This document shows, one piece after another, positions 13,247 to 27,149 of a stretch of DNA of 64,000 bases. This DNA comes from Lama guanicoe (taxonomy: Eukaryota), in assembly GCA_013239625.1 (NCBI GenBank), contig MU055744.1, positions 588,355 through 652,354 on the forward strand, written 5' to 3'. How positions within the stretch are numbered: position 1 is the stretch's first letter; each line of letters opens with the position of its first letter. The notes under the pieces were generated by a model. The model had not been told where the DNA came from, made no database searches, and saw nothing but the letters and a program-made list of their open reading frames with translations. A program made the position numbers and the translations under genes.

Positions 13247-15034
13247 AAAAGCTGACTGCAGCCACATTTTAAAATTGAATCCAATGCCAGAGAAATGGCA
13301 CCTCCAGGGAACCCGGTGGATTTTCGTCGTTCATGTTGATTTTTTGAGACTTTAGGAGAAAAGGATCTCAGAAAACATTTCTCCCTGCTGTTGACACAGT
13401 GAAGGGGAGATGGGCGGAGGATGTCTGAGTTGGGGGATGTGGGACACAGGCTGGGGCGGGGGGTCTTCCTTCATGGGGCCCACAGTGTGGGCGACACCCC
13501 CCATCAGGCCCTCCTGGGCTGCCCCCGCCACCTCCCAGCTTCCTGCTCAGGAGACGCTTGGATGTTCCAAGCACAGTTGTTCTGGTGTCCCTGGCTCAAA
13601 ACACGCCTCCATCCCGGTAGCTCCTTCCACGGCACAGACCACGTGGGGACAAATGAGGGTGGCACAGAAGCACACGGCAGCCCCGTCTGGCTGGACACGG
13701 CTGTCCTGTCGGACTGCAGCGGCCGGATGACCCAGAGGGGCGGGGACCGCGGCACTGCCTTGGGGCCGTGCCCACGGACACAGCACACAGCCGGTTTTGG
13801 AGCGGCCCGGGCGGGGAGAGGAGTCATTCTGCAGGTGCCGCACCCACCGGTCATCCCTGCCTTCTGCATGGGCCACAGGCACCAAGAAACCTCACTTGCC
13901 CTGCATCCAGAATCAATTGCCATTCGTGATTTATCAGCCTGTGTGCACCTCTGTTACTCGGCTGCACGTGAAACTCTGTAATTAATAGGACGGTGTGAAT
14001 CTGGAGTCTGGTTTTAAGACCAGATTGACAGAGAAGAATATGTGTTTAAGGTTAAGGAACCATGTTTAGTCCTCACCTGCCTCTGACATGGTCACTTCCA
14101 GGTGGCAGAGGCTGGAGCTTGGATCCACAGCCCTGGTGCCCACCAGCCTTGCTCCAGGGATGACCCCGCTCCAGCCCCAGGCCCAGGGTCACATCACAGC
14201 ATGATGCTCCTTTCTCCCTCACTCTGCCAGCTGCCTTCCCCGAGGTCAGAGGTCCAGGGCTCGCTAAGGCACGGACACACGGCAGGTCCCTCGGATGGCA
14301 AGCCCTCGGCCATCCTCACTCGGCCGGGAGAAGCCAGCCCCGCCCCCCCTCCCCCCCGCCGACCGGTGCAGAGCGCGGCCTCCCCGGGCGCAAGCCTCGG
14401 AGCCCACGAGGCCTACGTGCCAGAGGGCAGGGCTCCTGTCCAGCCCCCTCACCCGGTTCCCCCAGCACCTGACATGGTAGGGGCTTGACAGATAATCGCA
14501 GAGGAAATGAGCTTTGCATGGATTTAATGACGACTCTGCCGGGGTCAGTGTTGCTGCCAGATTTACACTTTCCCTGCAATAAGAACGCATACTCCACCTT
14601 TATGCATCCGCCCACCCAACGGTGCACTCCTATAGGATCTGTGACAGCTGCGAATCCAGAAGGAGGTGCTGTCTGAATGCCTGTTGTCAGCATTCCCGTG
14701 GCTCTCCTTTGCTCCCCCAAGGAGAGCCCTAGTTCGTGGACTGGAGAACCCCAGTCAGTCAGTCTGCCTTGAGGGCTCAGGCACCAAGTGCTCAGGGTGT
14801 CCTGTGGTTCCAACTTTAGCTGAAAGGTCAGGAGTACTGTAGGAAGCAGCTGGTGGCTTTAATTTGAAACCTTGAGGCAGTAAGGACAGAGCAGAGTGGT
14901 GGCAAGCATGAGGAAGCAGAGAAAGAACAAAGGGTTCTGGACACTCGTTGCTGAAGGATCTGTGGGCACAGTGAAGGAAGACTTTGCTTTGGCACCATTT
15001 AAAAATAACCACTGTGCCCACAGAGAACATCATA

Positions 15035-17480
15035 CTTCAGGCAGAAAGGCTGGATGCTTTTCCCTAAAATGAGGACTAAGACAAGGACGTCCACTCTCAC
15101 CACTTCTATAAAACTTCGCACTGAAGCTTCCAGCCTAAGCAACTAGGTAAGAAAAAGAAATCAAAGGCATCCAGAAAGGAAAGGAAAAAGTCAACTGTCT
15201 CTGCTGGCAGATGACCTGACCCTTGTACACAGACAGTCACAAGGAGCCCACAGTGATGCAGCACCGAGAGCTCTCCTGACCAAGAGAGAGCTCAGCCACG
15301 GGGCGGGAGGAAAAATCAACGTGCAAAAATCAATTATACTTCCACATGCTTGTAACAAACAACCCAGAAGCGAAAACAAGGAGTCAGTTCCATTTCTAAC
15401 AGCAACCTAAGGAGTGGGGCAGCTGGGGGTGCCTCTCGCAGAAGAAGCGCTGGGTTGTGCACGGAAGACCACGGAGCGCTGCTGACGGGAGTTACAAGTA
15501 AATGGAAAAGCACCCCGTGTTCCTGACGCCAGACTTACGCTAAGACGGCGAAGCTCCGCAAGCTTGTCTGCAGACTCGGTGTGCTCCCCATCAAACCCTT
15601 AGCTGGCTTTTTTGTGTGGAAACAGACAACCGGACGCTAAAATGCATGCGGACATACAAGGAAAGCAGAAAAGTGCGAACCACCTTGATAAAGAAGCACC
15701 GGGTTGCAGGACTCCCATGTCCTGGTCTCAGAATCTACCTCAAAGCCAGTGTGGTTCCGACGCCACGGACAGACGCTCAGATCGACAGAACGGGACGGAG
15801 CGTCGGAAGCGAACCCTCGCGCTGGTGGTCGACAGGGGTCACATGAGGGTCCGGAGGCAAAGCGGTGGGAAAGGACAGTCTCTCCAACGAGCCGCGCTGG
15901 GGCCACTGGGCAGCCCCTGCGTGCACAGAAATCACCTGCACGTTAAAACCGTCTCAAAACGTGCCGAGACCTCGGTGTCTGTGAACCTGCTGGAAGAAAC
16001 ACAGGCCGGCATCTCTGTGAGCCCAGACTGGGCACTAGTGTCTTTGCTCTGACGTCAAAAGCACGAGGAACAAAAGGAAAGATACATCAGTTGGACTTTA
16101 TTCAAATTAAAAACTTGGTGCATCAGAGACACAGAGTGAAGAGAAACCACAGAACGGGAGGGAACATGTGCGGGCGGTGTATCTGACAAGGGGCTCGAGT
16201 CTAGACGCCAGAAACGACTCTGACTCCCAATCGTAGCAGAAGAGAAGTGACCTGACTTCTTAAAGGGCGGAGGACACTTCTCCGAGCAACGGTCACAAGC
16301 AGCTGCCGAGCGCCCGGGGAGAGGCCCCGCGCCTTTCGCGGTTGGGAAGACACAGGCGAGCAGCGCGGCGTGGTGCCGTGCGACCCCGCTGCCCCTGACC
16401 CGGCGGTGTCCCCGAAACGCGCAGGTGTCGGGAGTGTGGCTGAGCTGGGAGGGCATCAGGGCAGCGGATGAGAGCGACAGGACGGGAGGGGGAGAGGTCA
16501 GCCTTCGTCGCCGCCCGCGAGGGCGGAAGCAAGCAGAGAAAACTGGACAGACGCCCAATCCCCGTCTCACCGCCCCGTGAACCGCTGCCCCGTCGGGGGT
16601 CCGCTGGATGGGCGCAGATGTGCGGGGCCCCAGCCAAAGGCCCGGCAGTGTCACGGACCCTGGGGTTGGGGTGGGGAGTGGGCTGGCCATGGAGGAAGGG
16701 GCTCCGGTGCTGGGTCAGAGGTGGGGGGCGTGCTTGCAGGGTGCCCTCCCGCAGGGAAGTCTGCACAGACAGGCCTGAAGGGGAGGCCTCCCCGGGTGTC
16801 AGGTGAGGGGACTCAGGGCTGAGCCACGGGGCCCGGGACACAGACACGAGGCAGGAGGGTGACCGGGACCTGGGTCCCTGCCTTCAGCTGCCCAGAGAGC
16901 CCGGTGCACGGCCGTCACCCAGGTGTGGTGCGGTGGGGGGGGCGGCTTCCCTGGGAGCCCCAGGCGGGGCTGCTGTAATCCGCCATGGTCCGGCCTGGAG
17001 AGTCACACGGCGGGTTCAGCGCAGGGGCTGAGGTCCTCAGTGAGCCGACAGGGCAGCAGCAGCGCCCACTGCAGACAGACGAGGAATCAGCCCCGATTCC
17101 ATCAACTGACGGATAAACAGAAGTGGTCAATGCATCTGATGGAATACTGCTCTGTAAGGGGGAGAAACGGACACTGCCACGCACTGCACCGTGGTGGGCC
17201 AGGGACCCTGATGCTGGGGGAAGCCGGCCACACGCGCTTGTGTGCCGTGAGTCTGTTACGGTGGAGCGTCCAGAACAGGCAAGTCTGAGAGCCAGTAAGC
17301 CGGCGGACCAGCACCCGGGGACGGGGAAGTTCGGCTGAGGGCACAGGGTCCCTTTGGGGGTGATGAAAACGCTCCAGAACTAGACCGTGCTGACGGCTGC
17401 ACGGCTCGGTGAGCACCCTGAATTCGCGCACTTGAAGTGGGTTGACTTCATGGCACGTGAATGGTATCTTAGGAAAGCTG
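15035..17480 (+). mobile_element. Old LINE-1 (L1M-type) ORF2 to 3'UTR fragments, interrupted at ~16450-17050
   Basis: aagacaaggacgtccactctcaccacttcta, gaaaaagaaatcaaaggcatccaga, gtaaatggaaaagcaccccgtgttc, ttggactttattcaaattaaaaact, ttggggggtgatgaaaacgctccagaactaga. Confidence 0.8.
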
Positions 17481-17649
17481 CGTGGAAAACGACGGTGACC
17501 GGAAAGGACTCACACTTACAGGGCCGGAATCCGAGGTGACCAGTGGAACGTGAGGGTGACCACGTCGACCCAGGCACCCCTCCGCCCTTGTGCCGGGGTC
17601 CTGCCGGCGGGCGAGCCGGAGCGCAGCTGGAGTTTATGTTCAAGTGCGC

Positions 17650-18060
17650 TCTGTGCTCCTTCATTCGTTATTTGAGAAAAATTTACACACCAAAAAGCAC
17701 AGTTTTAATTAAAAATACTTGACAATTGTAGATACCCAGGTGACCACCACTCCAGCCCCAAACTACAGAAAACTTCCGTCGCCCCAGAAAGTCCCCTGGA
17801 GCCCCTTCCGGTCCCCCGCCCGCGGTGCCTCCGTGTGCCTGCGGCCACCACTGTTGGCTGCGCCCGTTCTGAGACCCGCTCGCATGGCAGCGCAGGGGAG
17901 TGCCGTGGCCGGTGCGCTCTGCCCCATGGGCGTCCCGGGCCTTCGCCGGCGCTGCCGGGGCGCCCCTCCTTTGTGGGGAGTTCCCGCTGCACGGCTGCCC
18001 CGCAGTTTGTTTATCTGGTCTCTGGGCGGACCCTCGGGGCTCTGCGCGGTGGGGTCATCA
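17650..18060 (-). mobile_element. Old LINE-1 3' end, reverse orientation
   Basis: ttatttgagaaaaatttacacacca...gtgaccaccactccagccc...cccagaaagtcccctggagccccttcc. Confidence 0.55.
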
Positions 18061-21000
18061 CGAACAGCACTGCCTGGCTGTCTCCGTGCGTGTCTTCCCG
18101 CCGCCCTGGCTCTGTCCCTCCTGGCGGACGTCTGCCCCCCCGCCCCCAACAGGGACGCCTTTGGGGCGCATCCTCTCTGGGCCCTGCTGTCTCTCCAGTG
18201 CCAACCTGCGCACTCATTTCTTCCATGAACGTCTACGCGGTGCTTTCCAAGGACCGGGAACTGGGTGGACTGGACTCCACACTCATTCTCCTGCGGACGG
18301 GGAGGCAATGAGCAAGCGATCAACGCACACACCGATAAGCATGAGTGTGTTCAGAGCCCCAGGGAGTGGGGCAGAGAGAGGAGGGGGCGGGGTGGGGAGG
18401 GGCCCACGGTCCGTCCGGGGAGACGGGTGGGTCCAGGACCCCAGGGGCAGCACGGCGCTGTGGTCACCTGCGGGCTACCTGTCCCTGTGCTGAGCCAGGG
18501 CTGAGGGTTCCAGGCCGCACCCCGGCTGCTGGGGGGCAGTTGGTCGTCTGTGGGGTGCAGCCCCGTGACCCCAGCTCCCAACAGCAAGCGTCTCAGCCCG
18601 GAGCCACGGGGAACGAGAGAAAGGAGGGCAGCCCTTGTCCAGCGTACGGAACGGTCGCACAGAGCGCAGAGGTCCATCGGCCAGAGAAGGAAGCCGCCGC
18701 TCCCCCTGGAGTGACCGGCAGCAGGGGGAGAGAAAGCCCTCTCGGTGGGGAGATGGCAGCTGGCCCAGCGCTCCCAAAGCCCCGGGGGTGGCCGCTGCCT
18801 GTCACTCCTTGTCCTCGGTCACCGTTCCAGCCCTGAGTCCTGGAAGGTGAGGAGGGAGAAAGAGGATGGTGCCCATCAGTTCCGGACGCGCAGGGAAACG
18901 GCCTCGGAGAGCTGCCAGCTGCTCGCCCAGACGTCTGGGCGCCTCCTCCTGACCAGGGACCACGGTGGACGGGGGTGGCCCAGACCCCGCCCTGGCGCCC
19001 GGCTGCTCCCCGCAGGCCAGCCTCCCCAGCCGCTCTGCGTCCTCCTCAGCAGGGCCTTCGGTTCCTGAGCTCCCGGCCTCCTCCGGGGCCGTCGGAGAAG
19101 CGAGATTTCGTGTTGCGCCTGCTGCCTTCCCCCACGGCGTGCTGTGGGGCCTCCGACAGCTGGACATGGGTGGATTGCAGGGGGACCTGTCACTGCAGGG
19201 CGTGCTGTCGGCCTTGGTGGCAGCGGTGGCGGGAGGCAGGGTGGCGTGGAGGTGCCGTCAGCTGTGGTGACACCATTTGCCTCCCTTTTCACAGGCAGAG
19301 GATGCTCTGAGCACGCGGCTCTATCCCAGGGGCACAGCCAGCAACAGCTCCTGCCGCTGCGTGTGAGCCGGGCTGGCGGGGTGCACCCCTGGGCGCCACA
19401 GCCGAGGCCGGAGCCTGGCCTCACTCCCTCCCCTCTGCGCTCCCGGGCTCCGGGGAGGCCTCCTCCCCAAGCGTTGCCCACGGCTCACTTGCCAACCGCT
19501 GGGCCCCAGGCTGAGAAGCCCTGCCTCCAGGCTCCGCAGAAGGTCTGGTCCCAGCCGGGTGGGTGGGATGCGGCCTTGGACAAGGTGCTCGAAGGGTGAG
19601 CTGGGGTCTCTGCCTGTATGAAGGCGCAAGGGTCAGCCCACGCCAGGGGCACCTGTGGCAGTGCTGGGCCAGGGTGCGGGCCCAGAGCCCGGCCGAGAAG
19701 CAGAGGGTGGCCGGGGGAGGCTCTGCCCTGTGTCTTAGAACCCAGGCCACGTGCCGGCGGCCGGCCCAGGGCAGCGCGGGAAGAGACTGGGGGCGTCGGG
19801 GGGCTCCAGCAGTGGCTGTTTCTGGTTAGTTCTTAATGGGATTCTTTGATTTTCCTGCATCCACCCGAGCTTCCCATATGGAACAGGCAGGGCTGATCAA
19901 ATGAGAAAGCTTTGAGCAAATCCCCAGGATCAAGCCACCCGCCTCGGAGCTGACCGCCTCGCAGTCTGCCGGGCACGGTGCCCCTCCAGGCTCTGCACAT
20001 GCGACAGTGTCTGTCCCCACATCCCACCTTCACAGGGGAGGGGGCTCTGGTCAAGAATGGTGCCCTGTCATGCACCTGGCCACCATTAACTTGGAATGTG
20101 ACCTCAGTGAATAGCACCTGGCATGTTTACAAGAGTCCGAGGCCAGGACCCACCATGTGCCTGGACCCGAGTGGGTTCAGTGGGTGAGCGGGCCCCAGTG
20201 GGCAGACGCTGCCCGTCTGCGGTCAGCGATGGGCTCCCCGAGGCCGAGGGCCTGGGCTGGAGAGGTGAGGAAGTTCCCAGGGGAGCCCGTGGGGCTGGGA
20301 TGTGACCCCCATGGCCGCCTTCCTGGGAAGGGCTCAGGCCAGCAGCAGCAGACGGGTGGCGGACTGACCTGAGGCCACGCGGTGGCTCCGTGGCCCCTGT
20401 CCCTGGCCCAATGAATGCCTTAGCCTCCTCTGTGAAACGCAGTCGTTGGTCACCTGTACCCCCTGCTGACCAAGAGACCCAGCCAGGGGTGACAGAGCAG
20501 GGCAGCTCTCCTGGCCGTGGGGACGAAGGCCAGCCAGGGTGGCTCGTCTGGCGCCGGAGTCCCGGTTAGGGGGTCCGGAGCCGCACCCTGCTGGGCAGAC
20601 GCACTGTTTTTCCAGGAGCTGCCTGAGAAAGCCGGTCAGCCGCAGGTGCTGGTGCAGTAGGAAGAGTCTTCTGGCACGTTCCACGGGAGCCAAAGCCCTC
20701 TGCCCTGCGGCCCCTGCCCCGAGACGCCGGCCTTCTGGGGGCCTCTGGTGTCTGAATGGAAGAAATCTGCAGGGACTCTGGTGCAGGCCGGCGGCTGCCC
20801 AGTACTGCGAGTGCTGGCTCTTCCCCGGTCCAGAGCTCACGCTGCTCAGCTGTCAGCCTGTGACCCGTGGCCTGCCTCCCGGGCTGCTGAGGCGGGTGCC
20901 GGACAGGGCGGGCCGTTCTGAAGGCCGCAGGCGCGTGGGCGGTCATCAGCACAGGGGACACAGCCTGCCCGTCCCCGTGCCCGGGGAGACAGATAGCCAA

Positions 21001-21239
21001 GCCTGTGCCGAGCGCGGGCGGAGGCTCTGCACCGACCCGCCCGGGCGCCCGCCCCCCAGGGAGCACGGAGCCCGTGTCCCCACCAGGCTCGGGCCTCTCA
21101 GCTGCCCCGGGCACGTGGGCATGAGGCTGCGCCCGGGAGGGAACCCCGGGTTCTCCCTGGCTCTGCCCGCCGCCTGCCTGAAGGAGACGTCGGCTGGTGT
21201 GGGGGTCCGGGAGGGGAGAGACCCCGGCAGCGGGCGGGG

Positions 21240-21427
21240 CGTGTGGGTGTGTGTCCTGTGTGTGCGTCAGAGGGCTGTGAGCGTGTGTGAGCGCACACAC
21301 ATGTGCGGGAGTGCGTGCGTGTCTGCGAACGGTGTGCACGGGAACGAGTCTGTCAGCACGTGTGTCTGTGTCTGAGCGAGGGGTGAGCATGCGTGTGTGC
21401 TCCCGCAAGTGTGTGCCTGTGTGTGCG
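21240..21427. repeat. Degenerate (TG)n tract
   Basis: Directly visible. Confidence 0.85.
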
Positions 21428-24400
21428 GCGCCTGACATCCCTTGGAGGAGGGTGCAGGGCCAGCAGAGAAGCACGGCGGGGCGCGCGGGGCCGGTGCCGC
21501 CGAGCCGAGCTCCCCAGCCGTGGCACCCGGAGCGACGGGCAGGTGAGGGCAGGGAGGAAGCCGGCTTCGGTCCCGACCCGTCAGCACCCAGCACGTCCAC
21601 TGCTGCTGAGCGGACGCAGACCAAAGCCCAAGGAAGAGTCTAAGGCAGTGTCTCCACACTGTCCTCTACTTCACCAAGGACATCTTAACGTCAAAAAGGC
21701 GGCAGGGGGTCTCAGAGCAGAGGGCTGTCTTCAAATCGAGGCAAGAAGGGCCCGAGGACCGGCTGCCACACAGGGGCCCCCACGCGAGCCCAGGGCGCGA
21801 CGGGCCGGCGCCCGCCACATCCATCACTGGCGCTGCAGCTGTCGCAGAGGTCAGACCCCACGGGCCCCTCCTGCTGGCCCAGTTGTGGCCGCGGAACCGC
21901 GGCTCCTGTTCCCGGGAAATGGTCAGGCCGCCTCCATGGGCCCTGTCTGCCCACGGCCTCCGCTTCCACCAGGAAGGACCGCTCCCGCCTGCCGGAGCCG
22001 TGCCAGCACCCCGGGAGAAACACCGAGTCTCAGGTTCTGGGCGAGGCCGCCTGAGGGCTGTGCGGGTCTGACCCCCGCAGACGGGGTGGGAGGCTGGCAG
22101 GTGGAGAAGAGACGGAGAGGCAGTGCTTGCTCCAGAAATCAGCCATCTGCCTCAGGTTCCTGCCCCTCCCCGTGTAAAAGAACCAGCGCGGGGGCATCCT
22201 GACCTCTGAGCCCCCAGGATAAGCGCCTACACTTGGAAGATTGCGCGGAGGAAGAAGCCAGGAGGAGCCCTGAGTCAGGACGGCGCCCCCCACCGCACGC
22301 TGGGGGCGCCTCCCAGCGCCCAGCCCAGCCAGGCCTGGGTCCTCTCTGGGCCTCGGTGCAGCCCCTCACCCTCCCTGACAGGTGCAGCGCGTCGCCTGCC
22401 TTCCCTGCCAGCCGTGAGTGGGGTGGGGAGCAGAACAAACGTTTAATTTATCACCCGTCCCAGGAACTGGGGGGAAATAATGATTCTGTCCTGAGCACCG
22501 AGGGAACGTTATTTACAGCCTCAAACACTCACAACAATGTGGATACAAGAGAGGGCGTGGCTGTACTTAGAGCAGTTGGTCCCAAGTGGAAAGGAAGGCA
22601 CTGGAGAGCGAAACAGCACCTCCCTTTAAACTGCTCGCTCCGAGAACGGCAAGGCCGGCGGCCTTCTGGGGAGGCTGCGCGCCGGAGAGGCAGGTGCAAG
22701 ACGAAAATAAGAACAAAGGCGTCGCAAAGGCACCGGCTGTCACGGCAGGGCGGGCTGGGGGCCGGGCGGCTTTCTTGTTATTTAAAGTCACGTCTGTGCT
22801 GACTCCGGCATCCGTGTCCTGGCGAGGCTGGAGACGCACGCGGAGCTCCGTGGCCGCCCGAGCTGGCCGTTGGGGCTGCCTGCCCTGGGTGCCGAGGCGG
22901 CGGGCGGGGTGGGCACGGCTGACTCGGCTTCCCTGCTGCTGAGAAGAGAACCAGCACTTCTCTCCCTGGAGCTGAGATGAATAATGAGCAAGAAAGGAGC
23001 GCTTTGAAGATGAAAAATGCCCTCGCTGTGCTGGGGATTAATCATCATATAATTTGTGCTCCACAGCCACGCGGCGACTTAATTACCTGCAGTCAACAGA
23101 CCGCCGTTGCCCGCGCTCCTCTCCGGGGCGCGGCTCCCGTCAGGGCCCCGCGGTGCAAGCCCTCGGCAGGGAATCAGAGCTGTCCCTGCAGCCGCGGAAA
23201 GGCCCCGGCAGCGTTTTGTACGATGACGGGCAGCGAGCAGCCCGGGCGGAGGCTGGCGGCGGAGGCTCCCGGAGCGCAGGCCCGCGAAGGCGGGAGCGGC
23301 TCTTCATTTGTGATGCAAAGACGACCGGTCCGGTGCCCTCCGGAGCCGGCTGAACAGTCTCCCAGGCCCTCAGAGAGCCTGTCCCAAATCGCGGAGGGTG
23401 TCAGCATGGACGACTCCGGGTCTGTTTCCTGCGCTGAGTCCCAGTTAAGTCTCTCCAGCAAGTCCTTGGGGGCAAGACCCTGGTCACGGGAGAGGCTTGG
23501 GGTAGGGACTTGCCCCGTTGCCCCTTCCTGAGGCCATAACCGCCGAGCACCTGCTCTCTCCTGGCTGGGGGCTGGCTGTGGGCAGACGCCGGCCAAGTCC
23601 TTCATCGAAGGGTCACCCACAAAAGAGCAGGTGCCTCCCCGTGACCGGCAGACAGGACGAGTCCACCCTTAGTGGACGCCCTCAACACCAGCAAACACTT
23701 CCAGGGACCCCTTTCCCCTCCAAGGTGTCACGTCCTCCTGTTTATTAAAAAGGTGAATTTAAACTCGTCTTAAGATCAGACGGGACTTGAGAAGATGCCG
23801 CCCAGGAAGCAGGTGGACACCACAGGGGCAGGTCGCATGACCCGGGTCCAGCTCGGGCTCCAGGAGCCCCACGGAGACTCCACTTCCGGTGATGGGCACG
23901 CAGCCTCCCCGGAGAGAGCCTCAGTGTTCTCACCTGGAAAGTGGGGGTGGTGATACAGTCCTCCGAAAGGTGAGCGATGCCCTCTACAGCGAGCTCCCAT
24001 GGGAGTGCCCCCCCTTCGCCTGGTGACAAAGCCCAGCGCCCAGTCCCACCTCTGTGCGCCAGACGAGGCCCCGCCCCTTCCACCCCCAAGCCCGCCGAAG
24101 CCGAAGCCCACGCGACCTCCCTGGACCCATGCAGACGTCCGGCAGCTGGAGAAGCCTGAGGTCTGGAGCTGCCTCCGTGGAGCAGGGCAGAGAGGCTGAA
24201 CTGAGCAGTGGGGGCCTCAGCTCCTTGCTGTCTGATCCCTGATCCAACCACGTCCATCACTGTCAGCTCCAGGGTGGCGCAGCGCCACCTGCTCTCCCAC
24301 TGACGGCAGCCTGCCCTCGGAGCACCGAGGGACCACTCCCACCCCAAACCGGATCCCTCTGGAGGAGAGGGCCTGGCGGCATTCCAGAACCCCGAAGCCC

Positions 24401-27149
24401 CTTGTGGGCCCTCCTGCAGCCTGCGGGGCTGGGGGCACTGTCCTAGGGTCAGGGAGATGCCCCAATCTGATGAGTCACCTCCCGGATTCAGCCGTCCAGG
24501 TCCAGGTGACGCATGCTCAGACGGAAGGGGCAAGCCTCCCTCTGAAAGGTTAAGCCCCGTGGTCTTTACAAGGAGGTGTGAACTATTTTGGTTAGGTGAC
24601 CTTTTGCACCCTTTTAGGTGAGTGGAACCAGAGAGACTTGATTGGAGGAAGCAGGTTGGAGGAAGGACCCCTCAAGGATGCCAGTGGTGGGAGGGACATC
24701 AGGGGACAGTGGCTGTCCAGGAAAAGGCCAGACTCTCCCCCTTGCAAAGCTGCAGCTCAGTGCCACCCCAGCCAGCACACAACGAATGCCACCTACTGTT
24801 GTCACATGCTCTTGGGTTTTCTGGACAACAGAGATGGTGGAAACTTGCACGTGGATGGTGCTAAAAGCTGTGTGCCCCCCTCCTCTGCAGCATCTCCCCC
24901 ACTGTGTCTGAGCCCAGGTGACCTGAGGTCCCAGGGCCACTCCGCCACCAGCAAGCTCACAGGGACCAGGGGGGCCCAAATGCCCTCTCCTGGCCGTCTG
25001 AGCAGGTCATGGAGGGGCCAGGGGCCTTGATCCTCTTGCTTGAAGGGAAACTGGAACACCTAGATGTCCAACAGTTGTGGCCCAGGACCCCTCTGTCGGG
25101 AGCGAGAGCTCTCATGGCGGCTTGATCGGTGCCTCTCTCGGGAGGACTTGCAGGTAGGGAGCCAGTTATGTCTGATACTCACGCCTGACTGACCCCAAGT
25201 CACAGCTGCGCAGCTCCGGGCTGGCAACGCTTGGAAGAGGAATCTGCCTCCCGCGAGAGGCTGGGGGTCACAGAAGCTCCCCATGGCGGGTCCCGTTTAA
25301 CCCGAGGCGGCTGGGGTTTGCCTTCGGCCGAGGGGCAAGACCCCCGAGACACACCTGACCTGGCTTCAGCTCTTGCTTGCTGTCCCGTTGGACACAGTCT
25401 GTGCAGAAGCTGCCCACGTGAAATGCTTGTGAAACAGGTTATGACGTGCTACAGAACTCACTAAATGAGTTTGGAAATTTCTAGATGGATTCTTGCGTTT
25501 AGAGAGACCCGCCGTCTTGATTGCCAGATGGGACACGGACTGCCACTGCTGAAACTGGGACAGCCTTCGGCAGACGGGACCAGTTGGTCAAGAGCCCCCA
25601 GAGGCGGCCACGTTGTCTGTACACGGCACCTCCACCCGACTTCCCTCCGTCGTGATTGGCCAGCGGCCAGCCAATCAGAGGCTTCCCTGGAATTCTTCAC
25701 CTGGCGTTGCCGGGTCATGTTCTCGCTGCCTCCCCAGCCACAGAGCAGGATGGCGGTGACTTATCTGTGGCTGTGGCCACATTCTCTCTGCCTTCCAGAG
25801 AGCTCGTCTCTGTTGAAGGAGAGAAAGAGCCCAGGCAAGAGACCACGTGGGTGCCAAGGAGAAGGTACTTGCGTGCGGTAAATGCCTAATTCCACCCGGC
25901 GCTTCTCCCATGGCAGCGTGTCTCCGGAATCAGTTTTATTCATTCCACCCACATCTCAATACCCTTCAGCAAGGTTAATCCTGCCCTAATGAAAGTCTAA
26001 AAATTAAATCCGCTGTGATGAACAAATGTTGCGGGCAGCCTCGTCCCATTCGTCTACGCAGAGTAAATGTATTTGCACAAGGCTCTGGGAGCAGCTCTTC
26101 GGAGCGGGCAGCGCCTGCGGTCACCGCGGCTTTGGCCTCTGCTGTTCGCTCCACGCGTTTTATGTGACCGTCCCCGGCCAGCTCGCCGCCGCTCAAGCAG
26201 AGAGCAAAGCGGCCTGTGCTCTGGTCCCTGCGAACACAGCGCAGGGGAGGGTGGGGTTCAGGAGCTATTTAACGGGGTGAGAATGCGCTCCTGGAGTGTT
26301 CTCGTCTGTCCACAAGCTTTACAAATGCCCTCAAAAACGACCAGCCACCACACCACACAAAACAAAACAACACACACACACAAAATCCCTGCTTCCTGAT
26401 TTGTCTTCCCTGAGTTTCCTGAGGGTGAGAATGGCCTCCACCCAAGCAAATCGCAAGGAGGACACAGCGAGACCTGTCTTCCCCGCGGTGTGCTCGGGTT
26501 TGTAGCTCAATTAGGATGTGAAACACAGGCCCCGGGCGGGCAGGGTCTCCCATGGAGCCGCCCCCTGGCGTCCCCCGCCGGCGTCGCGGTGCAAACATCT
26601 CCGGTCCCGAGCACGCTGAGGGCTCTGAAGAGGATTATCTGCCTCCTGAGATATAAATTCCAATTTGCTCTGACACAAGCTATTACTCTGCAAACACGGG
26701 TCGTCTGTCTTCAGGTGCCCGGCAGACGCTCAGGCTGGCGTTATTATCTCTGGGAAATTAAGCTGGCCCGAGGGTGAGGACCGCTTCCTGCCGGAGCCCG
26801 GCCGCCCTGCCTCCCGCCGCCCTGACCTCCAGGCGCCGGGTGGGGGCAGGTGGCTGAGCCCCTCGGGATCCTCGGTCGCAGGAGGGGGAGCCGTGGAAAG
26901 CCCGGTGTGGCTGCCAGCCTCGGGGGAGGTAGGGAAGAGGCCGGCAGGGCTGGACCGGAGACAAGGCAGGAGCAACAGGCAGGGGGAGCGGAGGCCAGCA
27001 GGCCAGGGTCTCTCCGCTGCCCGCAGCCCGCAGCCCCGGGCGGGAGGGACCCTCCCGTCTAGGGCCTTGGGGCCGCCCCCAGCTCTGGGGCCTGTGTGCC
27101 AGCACCCTCGGCCACCGTCACCGTCCTCCCAGAGCTGACCCTTCTCTTA

